The translations under genes were made by a program, and so were the position numbers. Below, in pieces: positions 1 through 9,740 of a stretch of DNA of 64,000 nucleotides. The notes below the pieces were generated by a model, which was not told where the DNA came from, searched no databases, and worked only from the letters and a program-made list of their open reading frames with translations. Every line of letters starts with the position of its first letter. Within the stretch, counting starts at the first letter, position 1. The stretch comes from a virus, in IMG/VR virus record IMGVR_UViG_3300031673_016569, positions 3,185-67,184 of that record. The stretch is one strand, 5' to 3'.

Positions 1-276
1 GATTTCAGTGGAGCTAAAGGGATGCCCCTGTCTTCCACCCTTGTTGCCGGTCGAGATTTGTCCTCTTGTCAAGTCTAGATGCAGCATTGCTAGTGCGTTC
101 GTCATTCGCTCGCGCTGCGGGCGGGCCGCGCGTCGATGCCGGTTTCGGTGGGCCGATCCTGAACCGGTGCTGCCCTGGGAGTGGCGCAAGCGCACACATA
201 AGGCAATCTAGTCGGGCAACAGAAAGCTATACTGAGCGCGTCCGAAAACGATGCCTTCGCAGGTTGGTTAGGCTGT

Positions 277-381
277 GAGCTAAAGGGCCATTGGGCCGTG
301 TGGGTCGATGCAAATTGGCGCGTCACCTTCACCTTCGAGGGTAAGGACTCGATCTTGGTCAACCACCGGGACTATCACTAG
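277..381 (+). pseudogene. higB: 5'-truncated HigB-like toxin remnant
   Basis: Frame reads ELKGHWAVWVDANWRVTFTFEGKDSILVNHRDYH*, a typical HigB C-terminus. No HigB-like N-terminus upstream; directly precedes higA. Confidence 0.75.
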
Positions 382-390
382 GAGAGAGTT

Positions 391-675
391 ATGGCACGCA
401 TGTATAACCCCCCGCACCCGGGCGAGGTACTTCGAGAGTTCCTGCCGGAGGCAATGACCATCGAGGAAGTGGCGCGCCGGCTCGGCGTATCCCGCGTCCA
501 ATTGTCTCGGATTCTGAACGGCCGTTCGGCGATCTCGTCGGACATGGCCATCCGGATCGGCTTGCTGACCGAAACCACGCCGGAATCGTGGCTAGCAGGA
601 CAAACCAAATGGAATTTGTGGCGGGCATCGCAAAAACTGCGTCCGGCCGTCGAACCGTTCCGCCACGCGGCGTAA
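391..675 (+). CDS. higA: HigA-family antitoxin (XRE HTH)
   Basis: MYNPPHPGEVLRE..HTH..LNGRSAIS.DMA.R...W...Q signature; GGAGAG RBS. Confidence 0.93.
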   Translation: MARMYNPPHPGEVLREFLPEAMTIEEVARRLGVSRVQLSRILNGRSAISSDMAIRIGLLTETTPESWLAGQTKWNLWRASQKLRPAVEPFRHAA

Positions 676-871
676 CGGCCGCGACTAGGACGCACACGGA
701 CGGCATCAGCCCAATCCGGACAATCTTCGCGAACCGCCCGCGGAAAGAGTAGGATTATCGCAATGGGGAATTCAATGTACCCACACCCCTCCTGCTACCC
801 GAACACCGGCACCCCGGTTGTTTGGCGAATTTCCGATACCGTAGCCTCAAACCCAAAAAAGGAGACACAGC

Positions 872-1333
872 ATGGGTTACATTGAGAGCAATCTAATGGC
901 TGACGAGCGAGTTCTTCACCAAGCAAAATTGCACTGGGTAGTATTTCTCTGGCCTGCTATTTGGTTCATCGTTGCAATAATCTTTTTCAGCGGACAAGGC
1001 AAAGACGACACAGCCGGAGCTTGGTGTCTCTTAATTTCGTTCATCACAGGTGCCGCCGAAATTATTAACTATACGACATCTGAATTCGGATTAACAAACA
1101 AACGTGTTATTGCGAAAGTTGGCTTCATCCGCAGAAATTCAATTGAGGTATTGCTAACCAAGGTTGAGGGCATTAACGTGAGTCAAGGCATCATGGGCAG
1201 GATTCTGGGGTTTGGATCTATCACAATAAGCGGCACAGGCGGCACAAAAGATCCGTTTCATAAGATACGCGCACCTCTTGAATTCAGGAAAAAGGTCCAG
1301 GAACAAATTGCCGTCGTACAAGATTCAAAATAA
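872..1333 (+). CDS. Bacterial PH-domain (bPH_2) membrane protein
   Basis: Two TM helices, then TNKRVI.K.G...V.QG..GRILGFG.I.I..TGG; AGGAG RBS. Confidence 0.85.
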   Translation: MGYIESNLMADERVLHQAKLHWVVFLWPAIWFIVAIIFFSGQGKDDTAGAWCLLISFITGAAEIINYTTSEFGLTNKRVIAKVGFIRRNSIEVLLTKVEGINVSQGIMGRILGFGSITISGTGGTKDPFHKIRAPLEFRKKVQEQIAVVQDSK

Positions 1334-1501
1334 TACTTGAGATAATCGCACAACATACCCCTCGACATAGGAGATCACCATGAAAGCCGCCGCGCCACAA
1401 ACCCCTTCTGCTATATTCCCAACGACAACAGCCTCAGCTGGTAGCCGCAAACAAGCGTCCACAGGTCTTCGCATAAGACAAGAGGCAGCGGGAGAACATC
1501 G

Positions 1502-2089
1502 ATGAGATCAGAAACAAGCCATTCAAACTGTGCCGGCCTTAATCAAACGGCTCTGGTATTTTGCACGTGTGTCCTTATGTCCATATCGGCAAATGCACAA
1601 ACATCGGGACCCTCGACGGCACAGGTGCAATCCCCAGACACTCACGCTGCCTTAGATTTCGCAATCGCGTTTTTCAAAGCCCATCTTTTCGAGTGCAACG
1701 GCGCGCGATTTGTTGCACGCCGGAATCCGCCAGATTTCGACTACGTGTACCAATTACTCGATCCGAGAGTTGCCGTCCAGCCCACAAACGCCCCTAGCGA
1801 AATTGATAAACTGAATGGACTTGAATGGCGGGGCCGCATGATCTTAGTAGCGAAGGCAGCAAGAAACGTAGACTTTGAATTCAACCGCGATGCGAAAGGC
1901 CATCCAACTGAGGAAGCTTCTAATTTTGGGGAATGGAACCAGTGGTTTGATCCAATGAAACCTCCTGCCTTCGTAACAAACCTTGAGAAGAGACGAGGCG
2001 AATGGAAGACTGTTCCTAATTATTTTGCCGGGCAGGGAGATTACTTAAAACCCGTAGATTGCACCATTCTTCTCACACCACCAAAATAG
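1502..2089 (+). CDS. Hypothetical exported protein
   Basis: Hydrophobic stretch ending in ANA-Q, resembling a signal peptide; no family recognised. Confidence 0.55.
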   Translation: MRSETSHSNCAGLNQTALVFCTCVLMSISANAQTSGPSTAQVQSPDTHAALDFAIAFFKAHLFECNGARFVARRNPPDFDYVYQLLDPRVAVQPTNAPSEIDKLNGLEWRGRMILVAKAARNVDFEFNRDAKGHPTEEASNFGEWNQWFDPMKPPAFVTNLEKRRGEWKTVPNYFAGQGDYLKPVDCTILLTPPK

Positions 2090-2171
2090 CCCCGAAACTC
2101 CACAGGCCGAGCACTAGACACCCTAACTGACCGAAGCGACTCGTCCAAGAACGAAAGAAGGAGGCGGCGGT

Positions 2172-2678
2172 ATGGCAGAATTCAAAGTAGAGGGACCGTT
2201 TCCCTTGCGTCGAGAGAAGCGCCCGGCCGGGAATGTCATCGTCAAGGACGGTTTCTGGGACTCTTCAAAGAAATTACCCACGCTCCAAGAAAAGGTTGGA
2301 GTTTACGTATTCGCAATAAAACCGCCCAGGACTAAAATCTATACACCCTGCTACGTCGGGCAAGCCAAACACAGCTTCAAGAAGGAAGTGCTAAGTGACC
2401 ATAAGCTTGGAAAGTACAACAATGCCTTGACCCGACGGAAAAAAGGCGCCCCCTACCTTTTCTTGCTTGTCCACCCAAACCAAAGAACAAATATTACGCA
2501 GATAAGAGATCTAGAGAACTACCTTATCATGATGGGGTTCGCAGCAAACCATCAGATCGAGAACGATAAGGGCGCGAAACTTCCGGAATGGGGCATTTCC
2601 GGCGTTATTCGAACCACCACTAAAAAGGCATCGGCCCAGGCTAAAAAGCTGAAAGCAATGTTCCGGATTAAGACCTGA
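2172..2678 (+). CDS. GIY-YIG-like nuclease
   Basis: GVYVF...CYVGQA motif pair, downstream LE..LI and N; AGGAGG RBS. Confidence 0.7.
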   Translation: MAEFKVEGPFPLRREKRPAGNVIVKDGFWDSSKKLPTLQEKVGVYVFAIKPPRTKIYTPCYVGQAKHSFKKEVLSDHKLGKYNNALTRRKKGAPYLFLLVHPNQRTNITQIRDLENYLIMMGFAANHQIENDKGAKLPEWGISGVIRTTTKKASAQAKKLKAMFRIKT

Positions 2679-2847
2679 ACGCAAATAATGTCCCCCGGAG
2701 AGCGACAACGCCGCCAATAGCCACCGGGGTGAGCCCATCCACCTGAAACGCGTGTTTGAGGTGCAGATACTCGACTTCGCAAGCTGCTCACCCCGCGCTC
2801 CAGGCCTCCGGCCTGCTGACCCCCCCGCCTGCAGAAAAGAGATCGGC

Positions 2848-3520
2848 CTAGAGCGCGTCAACTTCGAGCATCACTACAAGCTCGGTTTTGTCGCCGGTCC
2901 CGGTCGAAGACTGGAAGAACTTAGGCAGCCAAGGCGAGCCGCTCTTTGTGTCGGTGTCGTCGGACTGATCCAGGCCCCCGAGGAAAACCACTTCCCCCGC
3001 GTGCAGGCCCACCACCGAGGACACCGAGCGCGTAAGCAAGGTCGGAGAGCCATTGACCCCCGTGGTGGTATTAGCGAAGTCGGAGATTTCCTGTTTCAAC
3101 GTGACGCGAATCACCCCGGCCAGCACCACCGGCGAGATATTGAGCGACACGCCAGACGACTGATAATTGACGCTCTGCACCGGCTGCCCCGAGGCCGTGA
3201 CCGTGAGCGCACCGAGCACCGGCACATCCTGCCCGACCATGACCCGGGCCGACTCCCCCGAGGTAACGCGCAGCGTAGGCGAGGACACCAGCTTAAAGCG
3301 CGAATCGGAGGCGAGCTTAGACACCGCCATGGAAAACCCGCCTTTCGTGAACGCCAGCACCGGCGCCGCCACCGAGCCGACGCCGCCCACCAGCGTACCG
3401 CCCAGGATGTTGAGCGCGATCTGAACCCCGCTCGAATCGTCTTTTGTGGTCTGACCTCGAACACAGGCGCCTTGACCAGGACCTCCGGCGCCGCGACATC
3501 GAGCGAGGCGCACAAGGAGC
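2848..3520 (-). pseudogene. Truncated, frameshifted secretin (GspD or inovirus pIV-like)
   Basis: LDVAAPEVLVKAPVFEV lies in one frame; SSPTLRV..GESA...VGQDVP...Y.SSGV.L.ISP...GEVVFLGGL lies in another. Shift near 3454; N-terminal domains absent. Confidence 0.8.
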
Positions 3521-3760
3521 TCAGCCGAACACCCACAGGGCCAGGGTGTAGAAAACCACCGAGAGCGCAAGCCAATGCACCATCCTCAATTTGTCGCTAA
3601 CCACCGGTGAGATCATTTGCACCCTTTCGCGCCTATGGCGCCGTGCCGCCAGTCACGTCGTTCCATTACAGCTCCTTCGATTTCGATTTACGCGTTCTAT
3701 GGCGCGTCAAGCGGCACCGCCAATTTCGGCGCGACTGCGTTTGCTCACGCCACCCACCGG

Positions 3761-5290
3761 TTACAGCGCAAATGCCGCCGTCGGCGGTGTAAAGGGCGCC
3801 GTGTAGCGCGCGACGCCCTTCGTTATACGAAGTTCGTCAATATAGCCATGGAGAAATGATGCGGCCGGTTGCCCGTCCTGATACCCCACATAAACCGGCT
3901 TTCCGCCGTCATACATCGTCGCCGCCGGTGCCGACCATTCTTGTGCCCCATCCACAAATCCCAAGCACGTTGACCCACTTTTCACCAGCGCGAAATGGTG
4001 CCATGCGTTCAACGTCATCGCCGTCGTGCCGGTGTACCCGGTGCCGGGGTTCGAAACACCGTTGCCGTTTCCTAACCACACGACCAATTTCCCCGCCGGT
4101 GTAATCGCAACATCCCATTGCATATACGACACGCCAGCGATGCCATCTTTCCCGACGATTTCCATATTGCCCGAGGTCAGGCTCGTCAGATAAACCCACC
4201 CTTCGATGGTGAAATCAACGCCGACCAAATTCAGCGCCGCGGAATGGGGCGTCGTCAGATATGACCCGGCCCCATCGAAAGCGCCGCTTGCGCTGCCGAA
4301 CTGTTTTTGCGCCGTGCTGATGTGCGCATTGCCATACGCCGTGAAAATATTGGGCGATGCGCAAGAGTCGGTGAACGTCGTGGAAGCGTCGGCACCCTCG
4401 AAATGCAACAGCGAAACGACGTTTGCGGCGAATGGGTCGGGTGCCGGCGCCGGCGTCGGATACCGAATAATGACGACACCGCTGCCGCCACTCCACGCGG
4501 CGCCACCACCACCGCCGCCGCCTAGACCGTCCGTGCCGTTCGAATTCGAACCGCCGCCGCCGACGCCGCCGGTTCCAGAAAAATTTACACCCGCTGCGGT
4601 TAAGCCTTCGCCAGCACCGCCCCCGGCGTATGTAACCGACGCGCCGCTAATTGAATTGGCCGTGCCGGCGCCACCGTCGCCAGGCGTTTGTTGGGTGGAC
4701 GGCGCGTTGCTACCGGATGCGTCGGTGCCAATGCCGGATGCGCCACCACCACCACCACCGGCCACCCATCCCCCGATGCCGCTGCCGGTGATAGATTTAC
4801 CGCCGTTCCCGCCTTGGCTACCGGTGCCGCCTAATGCCTGCCCCGCGGGGATTCCCTGTGTGCCGCCACCGCCACCGCAACCGCCGTCGGCGCCGTTGTC
4901 GATGTAACTCGTATATGCGCCACCGCGCCCGCCGCCATACGCCGTGATGGTATCAAACACCGAATTGCCGCCGTTCGTGTGCGGCGCGCCGCCAGCACCG
5001 ACCGTGACGGCATAGGCGCCAGCGGCGACCGGGTGCGCCGTGACATATTGGAAACCGCCACCACCACCCCCACCGTCACGAAGATTCCCGCCCCCGCCCC
5101 CGCCGCCGCCAACCGCCAGCACATCGACCGTTCCGCTGCCGGTGACTGTGAACGTCCCGCCAGCGGTGAAAGTGTGAACGGTGTACGCGCCGTCCGTGGT
5201 GATGGTGCCGCCGGTCGCAACCATACCGACGGGCGCAAGCGCCGCCCGCACCGCCATCACCATCGCGTTCAGGCAGCCCGGCACAGTCAT
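3761..5290 (-). CDS. Glycine-rich tail fibre or receptor-binding protein with C-terminal LamG/ConA-like domain
   Basis: YTVHTFT..GTF and GGGGGG..GGSGVVIIRY glycine-rich domain; C-terminal FTIEGWVY...WHHFALV...GYIDELRITKGVARY. Confidence 0.8.
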   Translation of the reverse strand: MTVPGCLNAMVMAVRAALAPVGMVATGGTITTDGAYTVHTFTAGGTFTVTGSGTVDVLAVGGGGGGGGNLRDGGGGGGGFQYVTAHPVAAGAYAVTVGAGGAPHTNGGNSVFDTITAYGGGRGGAYTSYIDNGADGGCGGGGGTQGIPAGQALGGTGSQGGNGGKSITGSGIGGWVAGGGGGGASGIGTDASGSNAPSTQQTPGDGGAGTANSISGASVTYAGGGAGEGLTAAGVNFSGTGGVGGGGSNSNGTDGLGGGGGGGAAWSGGSGVVIIRYPTPAPAPDPFAANVVSLLHFEGADASTTFTDSCASPNIFTAYGNAHISTAQKQFGSASGAFDGAGSYLTTPHSAALNLVGVDFTIEGWVYLTSLTSGNMEIVGKDGIAGVSYMQWDVAITPAGKLVVWLGNGNGVSNPGTGYTGTTAMTLNAWHHFALVKSGSTCLGFVDGAQEWSAPAATMYDGGKPVYVGYQDGQPAASFLHGYIDELRITKGVARYTAPFTPPTAAFAL

Positions 5291-6261
5291 TTCACGTCGC
5301 CCAGGAGCGAACAGGTCGCGCGCGTGGCGGATTCGATGTAATAGGTGAACACGTCCACCGCGCCCGCTGTCGCTGTCAAGGTCGGCACCGTGCCGCCTGG
5401 GAATTTCCAGAACGCGTTAAAGCCGAGCGTGAGCGGCGTGTACGGCGACCCCACTGGTTGCGTAATTACGATGCACCCCGACTGCCCCTGCACCGGATGT
5501 GATGGCGCGGAAAGCGTGGAGTTCTCCGTCATGGTCATGGTGAAGTTGTTGCCGGTGTCCAGGTCAATCGCGGTCGCGCCAGCCGTCGAAGTCAATCCCG
5601 CTGGCGCCGTGCCCCGCTGCGCCTTCGTCCATGACTGAACCACCCCGAGCTGCGCCAGCGCGGCGAGGAGCAAGGCGGAATCCTTGATAAGCGAACCCGT
5701 CGCGCCGTCGAACAAGACGATGGCGCTGTCCGTCGCGGCAATCGGCCCGATGACGTCGCCCGAACCCGAGCCAGAGGGGCCAGCCGGTCCCGTTGCCCCG
5801 GTCGCGCCGGTTGTACCGGTTGCGCCCGTCGGCCCTGTTGGGCCAGTCGGGCCCGCCGGCCCGGTCGGCCCGGCTGGACCCGCCAGAGTGTTGATGCCGA
5901 GGGTGGTGCGGTAATCGGTGTACGCGGTGACCACACCGCCAGCGGTGACCACCGTGTAGAGCGGCCAGCGAGGCGATGGCGGAGAGCCCAACGAGCCCAC
6001 CGTGAACGCGGTGGTGTTCTGGTACAGGTTGCCGAGGTCGTCGCACTCGATATAGCTGGTGGAATTGTCCGGTAGGGTTAGCGTGCCGTCGGCAATGTTG
6101 GCGTAGGTCTGCGGAAAGATGCCGCCGTAGTAGCCCCAGGTGAGGCCCGCCGTGGTCGGCGCTTTGCGCGCGAACAGGGAGTTCGGCGCCACCGCGTCGA
6201 AATTCTCGTTGATTTGCACCTCGGGCGAGGCCGAGGCGTTGATGGTTTGGAGTCGTGACAT
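5287..6261 (-). CDS. Tail fibre protein with short collagen-like segment
   Basis: (GPT/GAT)n repeats; C-terminal WKFPGGTVPTLT..AGAVD; position after tail tip genes. Confidence 0.75.
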   Translation of the reverse strand: MSRLQTINASASPEVQINENFDAVAPNSLFARKAPTTAGLTWGYYGGIFPQTYANIADGTLTLPDNSTSYIECDDLGNLYQNTTAFTVGSLGSPPSPRWPLYTVVTAGGVVTAYTDYRTTLGINTLAGPAGPTGPAGPTGPTGPTGATGTTGATGATGPAGPSGSGSGDVIGPIAATDSAIVLFDGATGSLIKDSALLLAALAQLGVVQSWTKAQRGTAPAGLTSTAGATAIDLDTGNNFTMTMTENSTLSAPSHPVQGQSGCIVITQPVGSPYTPLTLGFNAFWKFPGGTVPTLTATAGAVDVFTYYIESATRATCSLLGDVK

Positions 6262-6270
6262 TTCGGTGTC

Positions 6271-9200
6271 CTATGCGGCCTGCTGCAGCGGGTAGCCTCT
6301 GCCGACCGTGGCAGAGCGTTGGTAGACTCTGGCGTAAATGGTGTTGCCCGGCGTCAGGCCGTCCGCAATTTGCTGTGCCTCGGTGTACGGGGCCGTCGGC
6401 GTCGAGGAGGCGATGGTGCGCACCACGGTGGAATAGCTGCTGCCGCTGAAAATATCAATCTCGTACGATTCGGTGTCCTCGCCGAGCGGCACATTGATGC
6501 CTAGCGGCCCGATCATGCGGACCGCCAGGCGCGTGCGCCGCTGCCATTCGAATATGACGTTGTTCGCCGCGTCGCGGCCCGCCTTGAAAAGAATCGGCGA
6601 AAACGGTTTCAAGCCGATCGCGATGTCGGTGAAGCTGACTGCAACCGCGCTGCTCAAAGGCTGACCGAGGGTGACGCCTTTGTAAAACCGAGAGAGTCCG
6701 AGGTCGGTGTTGAGCATGAGCACCCGGCGCAGACCGGCGGCGCGCAACAGCACGCACCGCTCGCTTACGACGTGCCCGGTCGTCGCCCACTCCGTTCCAC
6801 GGCCGCCGCGCAGCAGACCGCTCAAGACGTAGACCCCGGGCGCCGTGATGGTCGCCGTGCGAAACTGGATCATTTCAGATCCGACCAGCATGGCGTTGAC
6901 CGCGAGGTCATGCAGCACATTGTCGCGCGTGTCGCTCGCCAGCGATCCCAGGCCAACATTGACCGTGACGGTGTTCGTTTCGTCGAACATCCGTCCGCGC
7001 GTCCAATCCCCGAGCGTGGTGGTGCACCAGCCGAACACCGCGCTTTCCAGCACGGTCGCTTTGCGCACGTAGGTCACATCGTCGACGCTGTTGAAAACCG
7101 CCGAGCCAGGATACAGGGCGGAATCGCCCTTGGTCGCGACGTAAAATCCGGCGTCGTTGTCCGAGTCCTGCAGGATCGGAACGTCCATCAGCGTCATCAC
7201 CGTACCCGCGACCGGAACGACCACGGTGCTGGAAGTGTAGTCGGCGCTGGTGATGCCCGTCTCGATAAGCGCCGATGCGTCGTCGAGCACCGCATCGAAG
7301 GTGAGCAGCGGATAGGCGTCGGTCTTTTTAACCAGGCGTGCTCGGAACATTGCGCCGTCCTGGCCCGTGAGCGTCACCACGTCCGTGGGCTCGAGCCGGC
7401 AATAATCTCCGAGCACCTGGATGGTGCTGCTCAATACGCTCGTGGCCGTGTCGAGCAGGATGCTGTCGGCAATAGCCTTGGCATCGGCCGCCGACATTCC
7501 CAAGGCCATGGAAAGCGCGTTGAGCGTTCCGCCCGCCGCGCTAATCAGGCGGTCGCTGTATTGCGTGTCGGGCTGGTAGTCGTTGTCGATGTTGATGTAG
7601 GTCAGCGCCACCTGGGCGGGGATCTCAAGCTCGTTCGCCTGCAGCAATGCGAGCGGCTCGGGCGAATCCGTTCCCTTGGTCGCGCCAAGATCCAGATAGG
7701 GAATGGTGGCGACGGAAGCGCCGCCGCGCGGTCGGAAATAAATCTTGTCGCTCACCGTCATTTCGAAAAAGTACGCGGACTCAAGCAGCTCGATGACTGA
7801 GCGCATATTGACGATCTGCGATACCGCCATGCACCGCACCGGGCGCGTGATTGCCGACAACGCGGCCACGTCAATTTGATTGACGCTTAACCCGGCGCGA
7901 ACGCATAGCGCCGACACGACGCTGGCAAGCGTCGGCGGCGCTTTTGCAATAGTTGCGGCGCCCCTTATCCACGGCCCATAGCCGGCGGGCGGCGTGTACG
8001 AAAAATACAAAGGGTCGGCAATAATCGTCGCGTACCCCGATCCAGTATAAGGCGCGAGTTGTGGCGCCGGCCCCCAATTTCCATTTGCCAATTCCGGGCA
8101 ATGGACGGTTCCCGCCGGTACCCCGCCAATCCATAGTTCAACCGTCAGCGCATCAAAATCAACCAACATTCCGCAATGTTGAAGCCCGCCGATTGACGCG
8201 CTTGAATATTGCGTTGCAATTCCGCCGCTGCGCGTGACGGTTGTCCCGGCCGGCCCGAACGGCGGGTAATATGTTTGATTGAACGAAAAGCCGATCGACT
8301 GGTCATCCCTGCCGAAACGGATGTCGCCCGTCCCGCCGTCATACCCCGGTTGATTTTGCGCGCGCCATTGATCGGTGCACAATCCGCACCCGCCGTACAT
8401 TAGATGAAATTCACAATACAATTTTCTGTCGACCCCGCTGGCGCTTTTGAATACGCTGGGCGTGAATCCCCAAAACTGTGGGTCAGGGTTTCCCCACTGG
8501 CCTTGATAGGTCAATGACGAATTGGGCTCCGCCCACGCCGGTTGCGGAAGCAACCACGGATAATATTGCAGCGATACGCCGCTGTAAGGCACACTCGGCA
8601 AATACGTCAACGGGTCAATCGCCGCGTATGCCTTTCCGCGCACGGCGCCGCTTTCGATCACTTCGAAGGTGAGGTTCGGAACCTGGCCGCTTTGCCCGAG
8701 CTGCAGCCCCTCGATGAACACGTATCCGCGCCCGCGATATGCCGGCGCCGCGCCGATGCCGACCGCGGCCTCATAGGTGGGGTCTGGAAGTTGGGTGTCG
8801 GACCCGGGATAGACCGTCAAGCGCGACCATTGCGTTGTCGCGATGCTCGCCGCCAGGCTTCCATCCGTTGCGGCAGAGTCCGCAGTGTAAATCAGCGCGC
8901 CGTTCAGCCAGATGCGGCCCACCCCGACAATGGGATTGTCCGACAGGCCGACAAGCATATCCATGTTGTAGCTGATCGTTGAGGTGGACACCCCACCACC
9001 GCCGCCGCCTTTTCCGCCGCCCGTTGTCGTGGTGGTGGTCACTGGTCTACGGTCAGTGTTCCACCATACTTGGCCGGCGACCGTTGCCGCGCCGCGAATA
9101 TACGGGATTGCCTGACCGTAGGCCGTGCCAGTGACGGTCAAGTCCATCAAGGATTGTTGCTGTCCTTGGGTCGGTTTTGCGAACGAGCCGCCCAGGGCCG

Positions 9201-9291
9201 AACCGAGCGACCAGCCGAGAAGCGCGCCCTGCGGCCCACCAATCCAAAACCCGAGCGCGGCACCGGCGGCGGATATGACGAGCTGTGCCAT
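6271..9291 (-). CDS. Central tail tip or host-specificity protein (GTA gp15-like)
   Basis: YG.AIP, PAYRG..Y, PNLTFEV, L.GLLRG.RGTE, W.RRTR, PLGE..E.Y motifs; follows DUF2460-DUF2163-NlpC. Confidence 0.85.
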   Translation of the reverse strand: MAQLVISAAGAALGFWIGGPQGALLGWSLGSALGGSFAKPTQGQQQSLMDLTVTGTAYGQAIPYIRGAATVAGQVWWNTDRRPVTTTTTTGGGKGGGGGGVSTSTISYNMDMLVGLSDNPIVGVGRIWLNGALIYTADSAATDGSLAASIATTQWSRLTVYPGSDTQLPDPTYEAAVGIGAAPAYRGRGYVFIEGLQLGQSGQVPNLTFEVIESGAVRGKAYAAIDPLTYLPSVPYSGVSLQYYPWLLPQPAWAEPNSSLTYQGQWGNPDPQFWGFTPSVFKSASGVDRKLYCEFHLMYGGCGLCTDQWRAQNQPGYDGGTGDIRFGRDDQSIGFSFNQTYYPPFGPAGTTVTRSGGIATQYSSASIGGLQHCGMLVDFDALTVELWIGGVPAGTVHCPELANGNWGPAPQLAPYTGSGYATIIADPLYFSYTPPAGYGPWIRGAATIAKAPPTLASVVSALCVRAGLSVNQIDVAALSAITRPVRCMAVSQIVNMRSVIELLESAYFFEMTVSDKIYFRPRGGASVATIPYLDLGATKGTDSPEPLALLQANELEIPAQVALTYINIDNDYQPDTQYSDRLISAAGGTLNALSMALGMSAADAKAIADSILLDTATSVLSSTIQVLGDYCRLEPTDVVTLTGQDGAMFRARLVKKTDAYPLLTFDAVLDDASALIETGITSADYTSSTVVVPVAGTVMTLMDVPILQDSDNDAGFYVATKGDSALYPGSAVFNSVDDVTYVRKATVLESAVFGWCTTTLGDWTRGRMFDETNTVTVNVGLGSLASDTRDNVLHDLAVNAMLVGSEMIQFRTATITAPGVYVLSGLLRGGRGTEWATTGHVVSERCVLLRAAGLRRVLMLNTDLGLSRFYKGVTLGQPLSSAVAVSFTDIAIGLKPFSPILFKAGRDAANNVIFEWQRRTRLAVRMIGPLGINVPLGEDTESYEIDIFSGSSYSTVVRTIASSTPTAPYTEAQQIADGLTPGNTIYARVYQRSATVGRGYPLQQAA

Positions 9292-9740
9292 TAGGGGGAA
9301 ATTCCACGCAGAGAATAGGCCGCAGCGAAGCGCATGGCCCTACTAAACATCAACCGCGTTTCGATCACCCGAGGCGGACGCGCGGCGAGTGCGGCGTGGA
9401 TGATGGACAGCGTCCCTAGGCTCGAAGGGTAGTCCCCCAAGAGGGCAAGGTGTTGCGGGTCCTCGTCCGTTATAAGCAACACCACGTCGCCCGGCACCAT
9501 TAACTCGCGCGGCTTTTGGTCCATGTATTCTCCGCACCAGCGCATCATGCTGCTACCGTCAGGCACTTGGGAGTAGGCAACCGTGTCGAAATCCTTGGAC
9601 ACCAACCCGAGCGCGCGCGCGACGCACACCAGTACCCCGGCACAATCCAGGCCAACACCTGGGAGTCGCCCCATGTGCTGAAACGGCGTGTCGATGTAGC
9701 TGCGCGCCAAGCGCACGGCGTCGGCCCTGGTGTGACTCAT
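9291..9740 (-). CDS. Tail-associated NlpC/P60 peptidase
   Basis: TPF.H.GR..GVGLDCAG, PGDV, H...IIHA. Confidence 0.9.
   Translation of the reverse strand: MSHTRADAVRLARSYIDTPFQHMGRLPGVGLDCAGVLVCVARALGLVSKDFDTVAYSQVPDGSSMMRWCGEYMDQKPRELMVPGDVVLLITDEDPQHLALLGDYPSSLGTLSIIHAALAARPPRVIETRLMFSRAMRFAAAYSLRGISP

Noticed and set aside
3761-9291. Diversity-generating retroelement or invertible fibre locus
   Set aside because: No reverse transcriptase, invertase or template/variable repeat pair seen.
9291-9740. NlpC/P60 protein as the endolysin
   Set aside because: It occupies the conserved tail-tip position between hub and tip genes, with no adjacent holin.
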